In this document: piece by piece, positions 34,757 through 64,000 of the stretch | Layout: the number at the start of each line of letters is the position of its first letter | Position numbering within the stretch: position 1 is the stretch's first letter | Assembly: GCF_040938485.1 (NCBI RefSeq) | Contig: NW_027271188.1 | Coordinates: 1,054,001-1,118,000 of the forward strand | Length of the DNA: 64,000 nucleotides | Direction: 5' to 3' | From: Diadema antillarum | Lineage: Eukaryota | The notes under the pieces: generated by a model | Seen by the model: only the letters and a program-made list of their open reading frames with translations | What the model was told of the DNA's origin: nothing | Databases searched by the model: none | Program-made: the position numbers and the translations under genes

Positions 34757-35067
34757 CACAGTGGGGATTACATAATTTGTTAAGGTTTTTTTATGATAAT
34801 TTGGTAATTTGGGGGAATTTTATAAAAAAAAAAACATGAATGAAACAATTGGTCCCATATTTGACAAATGAAACTAATAGCCTAAGGTATATACATGTAT
34901 ATATAATAGACTCACTAAAAGTATTACTGTGCACAAATAACAATATAAGTCAATGAGTCAATGCAAAGGTGGTAAGCATCGATAGCAATATTGGGTACTT
35001 TTTCTTCGGAAATAATGTTAAAAGTGTTTTTGAATGCCATTTGTCATCAAGCTCTTGAGAGTGAAAT

Positions 35068-35077
35068 CCTCTCTCTA

Positions 35078-35113
<36 letters not shown>
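35068..35113. repeat. (TC)n microsatellite
   Basis: Imperfect TC run. Confidence 0.9.
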
Positions 35114-35117
<4 letters not shown>

Positions 35118-37778
35118 AAATAATATTGATAATAATAACAAATAGAAACTGACATGAAATTGATGGAAAGTAGAATATATAATTCATATATTTTTTCTCA
35201 TGCAGACATCAAAAAGAATGACATTATGAACAATCTGAGAGAAAAAGAGTGAAATAATAATAGTACAGTGGTACGAACAAAATCCAAAAGTGACTTGTGT
35301 TTAACATTCATTGATTGAAGCATCCTAAAATGTGGCGTTTTCATCAACACTGTCAGGTCTCCTCCAGGTCGTAACTCACATTGCCATCAAATCTTGGGGT
35401 ATAGAACATACAGAGAACATTGATCAAAGTATAAAGGAATACAAAATACAGTGGACATTCAATTCTCTTAATACATGGTCGCCAACAATCATCCAACGAA
35501 ATCAGGATTCCAAAGAGTAATCAGGGACATACTGGAGTGTTACAAGCAACTCAATGGGACATACATGATTCCAAAAATCTTGGGAGATTTTTATATTCCC
35601 TCTTCCAGACATGAAGGGGATTTTCAAGCTTTCAGGATATATCCTGCAGAATTGGGGGATCTGTAAATTTGAAGCAAGGCTTGAATAAGACTTTTCCACT
35701 ATTTCCTATATGTATTTTACCCTCAGATTTTTCTTTCTCTTTTTTTTTGGGGGGGGGGGGGTGGAAATGGAGGTTTGCAGTGAAGGGCTACTGCTTGCAG
35801 TAGACCATTGAGTCTTCAAACAGAGAAGCAAAGCCAAAGATAATATTAAAAAATCATCTCCTCATTTCTTCATTTCCTTGAACTTTACTACCACTGACAT
35901 GTTGCACTCCAGGCAATTGATACACAAAACTGAAACATTTGCTGTTGGTTTTGTTGTCGTTGTTGTTGTTTTTTTTTTTTTTGGGGGGGGGTTGTTTGGG
36001 GGTACATTTATCTTTTTTATCATTTGCAAGGTGAATGCAAGTTTGATAGACATTTGGGGATTTTATTGGAGACTATCAAACAAGCTTACATGCAACTGAA
36101 TTCAAAGATTATGTCTCGCTCCTTAATACAGTTATGTCCTTTGACATAACACATTTGGCATTGCTTTCTCCATCAAGAAATATGTACTGAGTTATCTCCT
36201 TTTCCCCTTGTCTCTCTGTCTTTTTCTGTCCAATTACCTGCAAAGCTTTGAATATCACCTTTGGCATCTTGACTTGATAAAGTATAATCTATTAAACACA
36301 AGCTCAAGCTTGCAAACTTTTGAATTGAAGTCATGACAGATGCACAAAACAGCATATAATAGTCTTGATCATTCCTATTTGTGCCATTATGGTTGTACAG
36401 ATAAAAGCACATGATTATCCACCTTTCTTAAAAGCAACGTGCACCAGATTATCTCAATCACATATGACAAATACATGCAAGTCAGGTATAACAGGAGTAC
36501 ATCCCCAACAAAATCAAGACCTCAGAACGAAACAAAGCATGGTAACAAAACAACAACAAAAACGAACATACAGATATATCCAACACACGAATGAATGACT
36601 AGTCAGTAATGGCATGGGACTAGTAAGATCATGGGATCAGAATAAAATCTATCTTCCCTTGCACAGCCAGCATGACCACATTTCTCTTCTGACTCACCTT
36701 TCATTAGTTTGCTGTTATGTCTGCACGAGAAAATTCCCTTGCAAACAAAAAGTACCAAACACGAGGTCAGAGGAAGCAAACCGACTATGGTGTTATGGGA
36801 GCCAAATGGCTACATTTCCTTCTTTAAGTAAAAGAAAAAGAAAAAGAAAAAGAATAATTTCAGTGTATAAAACCAAAGAATATGGAAATCTACTTATAAG
36901 ATACTTCTGGATACAAAGACCCGTGAAAAGTCATAAAGAAGCATTCTCTGTACAAACTAACAGTAAGAAGTGTGCTCAAACACGTGACTGATGTCCATGA
37001 GAGCACATAGAAAAAAAGTGACTAAATTCAAGTATAAAGATATCTCTGACTTGCCTTGTGATATCTTGACCTAAAGCTTTGTCAATTTCAAGCCTTTGCT
37101 CCATGTATGATGGTTAATCTAAACTTATCCTCATACGCCTTGACTGTGCGAGATACACCCTGCAGCAGGTTTATTGATTGTGATATCCCACCCCTTTTAA
37201 TAGCATTACCTTGTTTATCAAACTGAAGGTGGGGGGGGGGGGAGAATAAGGAAGCCCCCAAAGAGTAAAAATGAAATGAAGGCATCGAAACAAATCCAAA
37301 ATGGGATGTGGGTTGTCAACATATTTAAGCATACAATCATCCTCACATCACATCCATTTGGACAGTGGGGAGAACTAAATATGAAAGGAATCCAAGCTTG
37401 GCATCGAGATACCAAATCTCAGCTCAAGAGGATATACCCCTGGTAATGTCTCTTTGTGATGTCTTCTAATGTCTCTCAACATTCTTGATATGGAGGAATA
37501 GAGCAGCAATGTCTCTTGTTGATGATCAAATCGGCCGTTTGAAAAATGTTTGGGAAGAGATTGACTGCGTGTCCTCACAGGCTAGGCATGACCAGACCTG
37601 ACTTGAAGAGATGTGATTAACATGTTCCTGTACTCAGCATCAGGGCATCAAGAAGAAGAGTCGATCACCACAGAAGGATTCACTTTTCTGCCAAGACTCT
37701 TGAAGAGCTGCTTTGGCATGGCAGAGAAATATAAAGTCTGTTGATTTCAAGTATCATGGTTGGCAGGTCACAGACAGA

Positions 37779-55390
<17,612 letters not shown>

Positions 55391-55550
55391 CTGCAAAAGG
55401 AAAGATAACACAATGAGGGAAATATTTCAAAATCAATGCAGCAAAGTGGACATTTCCTAGCTAAGCTATTGATTAGCACTCTTGTCGGTCAATGGACACT
55501 GGAAACTGGAATGCTCTTTTTTAGCTGCACTTTAATGTTTTGAAACACCT

Positions 55551-55689
55551 GGGGGGCATTTCATGAAGCTTTTTGTCCGACAAAGTTTCGGACAAATTTG
55601 CTCTCAGCCAATCAGATGCAAGGATTTCCGTAGCTTGTAACAGTTTGTCAGAAAAATATCCGACCAAACTGCTTCATGAAATGTCCCCC
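55551..55689. mobile_element. Small MITE
   Basis: GGGGGCATTTCATGAAGC ... GCTTCATGAAATGTCCCC inverted termini. Contains a CCAAT motif (AGCCAATCAG). Confidence 0.7.
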
Positions 55690-57680
55690 TCCTCTGATGC
55701 CCAGGACAAGCTATTATATAAACAGTGTGTACCAGATAGAGGAGTGTACACAGACTGAAAGATGGTAGCAGCATGTAACATTCTTATGCAATGGGTTTTT
55801 TTTCATGAAGAGTGTGTCTGTATCCTCTCTGGATCCCAGCACCTTTTTTAATCGCAGTGGCTAGACAGTGTGAACTGTGATGTAAACACGAGATGTCTTC
55901 TTACATGTGGAGACTATTTCAGAAATTTGTTGTCATATTCAACAAATGTTGAATTTTATAGGTTTGTCGCATAATCTGTAAGGGATAAAAATATCTTGTT
56001 AATATTTTTTCTAATAGTAGTTAATAGTTTCTTTATAGTAATACAATTCAAATTTGTATCAAGTAACATATGTCGTTAAGTGCCATTCGGATCCACTCTT
56101 TGAAGAACTACCATTCACTCAGCCTTCTCCAATAAATTAAAAGTCATCACCTTGCATATTTTCTTTCTTATGTCACCATGAAACATCACATAAACATGAA
56201 ATTTGGCGATGAGCTACTGGAGCTTCAGGATTCACAACAAAGTGAGACTGTGTCACTCAGTGACTAATTTGTTTTGTTTTGTTTTTATACAGAGGATTAA
56301 CTCAATGAGACCTAATATTTCAAGGCAAGTTTCAAGGCAGCAGGCCATCATTGATAGATGAATTGAGGAGTTTTCTTTTGTTTATGATAACACAAGTTTC
56401 AAGGCTTGAAATTATGCCTCAATCAAACTAACAAGTTAAAAAAGCCATTGGAGATGCTTGCCACACTGGAGAATGGGCGTAGACTCTAGCTAGTAGATTG
56501 CTTGTTTGAAGATTGCTTGTTTGAAGCAATTTTATGGGGAAAAGCTAAAGTTGATTGATTGCATCATTGATTGCATACGAAAACATGATATGATAGACTA
56601 AAATTTATATTAATTCAACTACTGAGCAACAGATAACCTTATCATATGGTAATCATAGTCACGCTCGACTCTACGACAAAAACGTAAAACATGGTTTCCA
56701 TTGACATTGAGCCACAGGTAAGAGTGGACCTAGCATAGACCTTGCCTTGTTGATTTCATGTCATATGTGTGTAGTCCCATAAATTGGTATTCATGATGGT
56801 TGCGCAATTATGCCAAACGTAAACAGATGGCGGTGGAAAATTTTGGAAAAGGTGTAACGTTAGAGCTTAATCTTAGATAATATCATGCACAACATATTAT
56901 ACTACTGAAAACGTGTAGAACGTTTTCCCTTACCATACGCCAATATACTCACTTTTGATAGTAAACTAACACTGGCTTTCGGAGAATGGTCAAGAAATTG
57001 CAGTAGCTGTGGCAATTCGACGCAAACGACCGACCACGTATTTCTTTAGATAGGAAATACCAAACATCGTGTCAGCGTCAAAAGCTGGCGCTGTTTGTGC
57101 GTGTGCTACGGGGCCTTATGGTGTGCCACGGTGATTTTGTTTTGTTTTGTCTGAGCGTAAGAGGTGGGGGTCTATGAGTTTGTTTTATGGAGTGTTGATG
57201 AAAGGTGTTTATCTTATGTGAGAGAAGTGTAAAAGTCGTAGGCCTATACTACTACCTCCATTGGTTGGGGTGATAGGGTTGGAAGATTTATTATGATTTC
57301 ACTTCTTCCTTAATTTCAACTATAAGCTATTTGATTTGAAAAAAAAGAAGAAGAAGAAGACATGATAAATGTACTCGTATATGTTTTAATCGTTATGATC
57401 ATTGAGTATGATTTATGAAGGTATTTATTGTAAGATGGGGTTTTTTTACGATAATTGAGTAAAACAATGAAGAGTTTTCCAGTATATTCTGTATCGGTGA
57501 TCGTATTTTGTTTTATACAATGTTATTGTTCCGTGTATTGTGAATCTATTATTTGTGTTTTGTAAATGTATGGCAAGAGAAAGGAAGTGAGATATTATTT
57601 GAGACAGCATTATTTTAATATAGAAATACACTGTACGGTATGCCATTATACTAGGAACAACTAGGAGCGGCAACGTGCTG

Positions 57681-57865
57681 NNNNNNNNNNNNNNNNNNNN
57701 NNNNNNNNNNNNNNNNNNNNNNNNNNNNNNNNNNNNNNNNNNNNNNNNNNNNNNNNNNNNNNNNNNNNNNNNNNNNNNNNNNNNNNNNNNNNNNNNNNNN
57801 NNNNNNNNNNNNNNNNNNNNNNNNNNNNNNNNNNNNNNNNNNNNNNNNNNNNNNNNNNNNNNNNN
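57681..57865. other. Assembly gap (N-run)
   Basis: 185 N. Confidence 1.
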
Positions 57866-59086
57866 GTTCTGTTCAACTCAGAGGGCTTACTGAGTACTGC
57901 ATAAGCTCCACAGAAATGTATATCATAAAACATTTTAGCCCAACGATTTTCTTTCCTCCAGAGCTTTTTTCTTCTAGCTCTTTGCTAGGCCCAAGTGGTC
58001 CAAGTTCCTTAAGACCTTAATTTCATAGTTAAAGTAAATGTGTAAGCAAAGAGAAGTTATGGAATGTGAACATAAGTGTAAATATTCTTATTCTGACTAC
58101 TTGCAGGTTAAAACCAATATGATGACCAACACTGATTTTATTTGGATATTTTGCCTGGACTAATATGAACTCATTCAACCTCAAGCTAGAATGATATTCT
58201 TGTCCTCGGCCCACATGGTCGAACGGATGGGCGAATTATCTGTTCTATGTAATCAAAATCACTCCCTTTTTCATAAAAACAGAGTCACATTCTCTTGTCT
58301 CTCCTTCAGATGTCGAATCTAAGCCATCTCCCTGACCTGACTCAATTAACTCCCGGTGGAGGAAAAGGAAAAGTAGACCAGAACCATTCGTCTGGGTAAA
58401 AATGGCTGTAGCTAGCTCGTGATGGCCAAAGTACCGCTGTAACGTCGCCGAGTTACGTAAGATTTCATAACAAAGTGTTCACGCTCAATGTCAACGAAAA
58501 ACTTGATCGCTCTTTGCTCAGTGCTTTTCCCCACTTTTGTTCAGCTACTGAAAAGCAGCAAAACTGGTTGAAAATTTTGGAGTCATTGTCTGACGTGTTG
58601 CGAGGACGCATGTAATAGAGGAGTAAGGTCGACTGGCTTAGAGCGGCGGCATTTTCACGGACAGCAAACAAGAGGAAAACATGGGCAAATCCACACACCT
58701 CATAGGCCACTGGTCATTCATTCACCTTTTTTTTTTCACCCTCACCTCCTGTACCCTCCCCTTACTAATAAATTAAAGCGATTTATATACATAACCTCGC
58801 TAATGCCCTAATTCAGAGGGCAGTGCACTTCCCTGAATATTTCGTACGTTCAAGAACAATTTTCCTCCGTATGACACTTTCGAGAGAACATGATTAGAAG
58901 ATCGAAGGGGTTGGAGGCATTGTGTACCTCTGCAGGGTGCACAGCTACAAACTGCCTGAAACGAGGTGGGAGACTTCAAAGTAATTTGCCAAAAGAGGTG
59001 GTATGAGTTTCCTCCCTACGAAAGCACAACAAGAAAATATACACTTAATTCCAGTTTCAGTGGTCGCAAATCATGAAACCAGAAAA

Positions 59087-59088
<2 letters not shown>

Positions 59089-59130
<42 letters not shown>
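59089..59130. repeat. (GAAA)n microsatellite
   Basis: About 10 units. Confidence 0.95.
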
Positions 59131-61307
59131 AGAAATTGTGAGATGATTCGACAAATTAATCCGCTGACAAAGCTTTGACAAGAAAAGCAAAGTTGGTGAA
59201 AGAAATCATAAGCTAACTAAGAAGATAAAATCCTTTCTTGCCTTTTCCAAATTACTGGAGTTATGGTCTGCAATATTATGTATGCATTGAATAATTATAA
59301 TTTATATGATTAAGATGCCTGTCATTATTTTCTGTTTCTGGATTTCCGGATTTATCTATTAGTGCATGTTTAAAAGAAAAGTTTAACCGCCAAAAGCGCT
59401 AACTCCATTCTTATTTGAAGTTGAGATATTTGTGATTAAAGCTGCTAAAAACAAAGAAAATAATAAGAACATTTCGGATCTTTTTTTAAAACATAACTTC
59501 AAGAATATTTCTTGTTATGTAACAAGTGAGGTATAATATCACTGAAAAGATATGTTTCGCTCTGTTAACTTTGATGATTAACTTACTGCAGAATGTTTAA
59601 AAATGTCGCTCGACCCGTTTTAAAATCACTCTTCAAATATTATGAATCAATTTGAAACTTGTCAACGGTAAGTCGCAAACAAGAAAACAACTCATCAAAA
59701 CCAATATTTCAATAAACAAGCCTATATCAATTTTTCTCTCCCCATAGTGTCTTCTCATTGAAATTAGAACTTCACACTTGGCGTTACATACTTGTGATTC
59801 TAAAGTTCTACATTCAATATCCATGTTGTTGTTGCTTTTTTTTTATTTCGATGTGCTGTAATGGAGAACGATAAAAAACATAGTTATTGATAGGACAATG
59901 GATAATGGTTCCAAATATTGTTATAATCATTTGCGTAAAAAAAAAAAAATGTTTTCTGCACCAAATAGGCCTACACTGATATCCGATGTGATACCAATTT
60001 GATCTTGACCATTTTTACGGTGAGGGGACACATGCCAATGGGAAATCATACATCAAAACATGAAAATTGTTTCACATTTTGATCGCATGATCATGGCTTT
60101 AGCATTCGTTGGCTTGATCATAAGGTGCACTCAAATTAAAATGATTAAAGTCATGTTTAATTGTCTGAGAAGGAACACATAGTTTTTGATATGTATACAC
60201 ATAAAGTGCAAATCAATCATACGTTGAACATTTCAGACATTGTACTATATTCCCTTTTCTTGTTGCGATTATAACATCACCCATTCTACATAGCCAATGG
60301 TCAATATTCCCTCGTGGATCTGGCTATCCTTTTGTCCACTGTCTTTTGCCATTTCAAAGCGGGATCAACTGTCCTTCTAAAAGTTCTAATGACTTGCCTA
60401 CTATACTGGCTCACCGTGTCAGCTTCCGCGAGCAGGAAGATTGCGCAATGAATCAAACGTTGGTTTTTTCTGTTTGTTTTAAGCCATGACATGACAGAGT
60501 AGATAGACCGTATAATAATATGTGAACTACAGACAATAAGATATTCTTTTCCTCGGAAGCAACCCCTAAACGATTGAACGCCCTTGACAGCAGATGGGCA
60601 AAAGAAAGAGGGAAGAGACTAAAAGGTTGCAGGTCATTATTTTCTTTGTTAGGAGAGGAAAGTTATATATAGAGTTACTCAAAGTTACACAGATGTTGCA
60701 CTTTCGTGAACTCATGACAACCTGAAATCGTGAATGATGCCGGTCAAACTAGAGTTTGTAGTAATTATGAGATTACCTCGGTCACTGCAATTTGATGGCA
60801 CTCTTTGAGAGTATTATTGTTTCTCTGCTCTACCCATTGGCGAGAACTTTTTCGAGGCCGGGGGCAGTTAAAAGAGTCTAAAAGCGTGTTGAACGAGGAC
60901 AAAGCAAAATGCTCCCAATCGCGTAATATCGTACGATGAGGAGTTATGTAATTCTTATTGTCACGTCGACCTATGTACAGTGCGCGTGACCTGAGATGGG
61001 AATCTTTTTAGAGAAAATTATATACGATTCAACTTAGGAAAGAAGGATCGTATTGTAACTACTTCCTTGGTCTGGGAGCAATCAAGAATCAGAGAAGAGG
61101 GTCTGTAGGCAGAGAAGAACCCGCCTCTAATCCTGGCCGACATGCAAGGACAATAGACCCTCTCTCTCGTAGTACGTTGGGAAGAGAATGAACAAACTGA
61201 AGACTTTGAGTGTATGTATGGAATTGGATAGGCAAGCCGTATCACAATGGTTGCATAATGGCAAGCAGAAAACATTTCTAAGACACACCGACATAACAGC
61301 TACTAAT

Positions 61308-62020
61308 TTAACCCTAAAAGGCCTGGAAGGGGAGGAAACCGTACGTACTGTTAAGACGTGGCGTCATAAAATGTTGCTTCGTTCATAAAGTCCTTTTTTT
61401 CCCCCTATTGCTATTCCACAGAAATGCGGGTTTTAACAAAAAAAAAACAAAAACAAAAACCTATGAAATTGTGAATATCTATAGATAAAATGCACTCATA
61501 ATGAATTCATACGTTTAATAGCAAGGTAGAAGTCAGTGCAAGGTCACATAATGGTCAAGGAAAGGTCAAATATTAACTTGTGGTTACGAATGATATTCAT
61601 ACAATCAATTATCCATCCCATGTCCAATTATGGTCACTCTCACTCAGTCTCGGTATGATTGATGTTGATGTGCTGCTGTTTTTGCTTTTGCAAAACAAAG
61701 ACACTGTAATGCAACACGATACAAACAACAAATTGAATTAATGCAAAAGACGATAAGAATTTAGAACAAGTTTACTTACTATAATATCGTGAGGAACCCA
61801 TATGACCTGGGAAATTTGCGTATTTACATATTTTATTAATTTTAAACTTATGAATGTATGGAATTCCAGGTGTTGATTCAGCTTGTGTTACTTGATATGA
61901 TTGCCAAATTTCATTTCGTTTCATGTTTAGTTTCCGAGATGGGGTGGAGGGATCCGCCTCCACATTGCACCCCACCTTCGGATGCCAGATGGGTCCAAGA
62001 ACCCTGTTCATTTAGGGTTA
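61308..62020. mobile_element. piggyBac-like MITE (degenerate)
   Basis: TTAA|CCCTAAA ... TTTAGGG|TTAC. Confidence 0.5.
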
Positions 62021-63255
62021 CGCAAACCGAATTCCAAGTACAGGTTTGTATTGCCATTTATATTATAGAAACTGATAAATTGAACGGGTTGCGTGGTTGG
62101 GACCTTCGAAAAAAAAATCATCACATTGTTGGAAAACACTGACTTAGATGATGTTCTATTCTTGCGGTTACCATTTCATCTCTGTGCATGGGAGAAGGAC
62201 GTAGACAAGCAACTAACTCATTATTTTGACAGAGTTGCACGTGTCCTAAGTATGGGAGGTTGGATCTAAGAGTTCCGGACGTTTTAACGATACTTCCGTT
62301 GATGAGTTATTGCAAGCGGTAAACAATGTCACTTGTTTAAATTTTCAGTGTTTTCTCCTCCGAACACGACATTTCCTGTTCCTTGAAAGGGAGCAAGTGC
62401 CTTTGCCAACAGGTCGAGTGGTGTAGTAAGCAACCTTCACGAGACCAACGTTAGCATACTCCTAGAATGACTCCATTATATTTCTTGTATCCGCCATCGG
62501 GTCAGATGGTGCCGATTGTTTGAAGTAAATACAATATCTGCTGTATAATATTGATTGTCCAAGTTAAGGAGTAACGTTTGCACTCACCCACAAATATAAA
62601 GAAGGGGATGGGGTCATCTCGTTGCCGTCTTGAGGGTGACGCACTTTGTAAACCCGTCATGACATTCAGTGATTACCATCGGGTAACCTTTGATCCGGAA
62701 GTCAAATACAATGTATTGCAAACGCCCTCCCATCGCAGTCATTCCTTTCGCTCACCGAGAGGTTACCGACTGCGCATCTTTAAAACTGTGTCCTCAGAAT
62801 GTTAAGAATCTCTCAGTAAACATATGTGTATGTGTTTGCATGTGTTTGTTTATTTGTGTGTATGTGTGTGTGTGTGTGTGTGTATGTGTGTTTGTTTGTG
62901 TGCGTGCTGGGTGAGTTGGAAACAAACAGTAATATTGTCGTACACCATGAGGAATTTGAATATACATGTACCTTCAATTCAAGAAAATGAAGCTCGCACA
63001 AAATTGGACCAGATTTATATCGTTAAGAAATAGCTTATTTCTTTGCAGTTATAACTTACTGTCACTTTTTGTTTACTGTAAGTTCCTATCATTTCATTTC
63101 ATTTCCTGACGAAAAGTATGCAATATGACATCTGCATATATAAACAAAGTAAAGTACAATGCGACTTTTGCGTAATAGTATTCAAATAAGATTTAAATGC
63201 ACGTCATTTGTTTTACAGTAAGACAAAACACATCAAAGCAGTTTATTGTATGAAT

Positions 63256-63871
63256 TTAAAGGGAAATTCCAGTGTAGTTGAAAGTTGTAGTCTCAAAAGA
63301 AGGAGTACAGTTTCCTCAGCACAAAATTGAAAATTTGATCAAAATCGGATGAAAAATAAGGAAGTTTGACATTTTGAAGTTTTGTTGATTTTTCAGAAAA
63401 CAGTTCTTGAACAGTCAATATGAATAGGCAAATAATGAAGTGATGATGTCATCCCCTGTTCACTTGCCATATAGTTTCTGCATAAAATTGTGAAATTTCC
63501 AATTTTTCATTTAACCGCAAATACCCCCAGACTCAAATCGTGACACATCTATCTGATCATTACTCTGAAGTTCTTCAACCGGGAATAACACCATGTTTTA
63601 CACTACAATAACAGAAACGTTGGATTTTCGGCATTTTCTTTTTGTACACGATCAATGGAAAATTGTGAGGTGATGACATCATCAGCTCACTCATTTGCAT
63701 ATTCATATCAACAGCAAGAGAACTATTCTGCAGAAATTAGCGAATTTTCACAATTTCATAATTTCCCTAATTTTCTTCCGATTTTGATAACATTTTTACT
63801 GTTGTGCGCGTAAGATTTTGTAACTCATTCACATCAGACTAACTTTTAACTGGATTAGATTTTCTCTTTAA
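63256..63871. mobile_element. Kolobok-type MITE
   Basis: TTAA|AGGGAAATTCCAGT ... ACTGGATTAGATTTTCTCT|TTAA: imperfect TIRs with a TTAA duplication. Confidence 0.7.
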
Positions 63872-64000
63872 GAAGAAAAAGGACAAAATCAAAGCTTGAA
63901 AACGCACTGGCACAAATTGCATCGAAACAATGCGCCGAAGGAAAAAAAAAAGTCCAACTGGTCATGCTGCGACGAAATAAAGGAGGTCTATCTCCGACTG

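Overview
This is eukaryotic (metazoan) genomic DNA, AT-rich and intron-rich, with two N-gaps. An invertebrate deuterostome such as a sea urchin is my inference from the repeat families; the sequence alone does not prove it. I reconstructed four spliced housekeeping genes exon by exon with consistent reading-frame phases: GDPGP1 (minus, 3' end runs off the left edge), COX20 (plus, head-to-head with GDPGP1), GPATCH11 (minus, one GC-AG intron) and SRP54 (minus, complete, 506 aa). The introns and intergenic DNA are dense with transposon relics: Helentron/HINE-type elements with internal tandem repeats, Harbinger, Kolobok, Tc1, hAT/P-like and piggyBac-like MITEs, RTE and CR1/L2-group LINE fragments, and tRNA-derived SINE-like elements. 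I found no prokaryotic system, no CRISPR array and nothing I can call a demonstrably new system. The best leads are: (1) a candidate 12-nt stop-containing microexon in the last SRP54 intron; (2) a perfect 80-bp palindrome flanked by a 14-bp direct repeat; (3) a head-to-tail HINE doublet with complementary losses of the 3' hairpin; (4) a promoter-like, CpG-rich insert inside SRP54 intron 11; (5) two different tRNA heads that share one 3' tail. Coordinates were counted by hand, so repeat boundaries are approximate.
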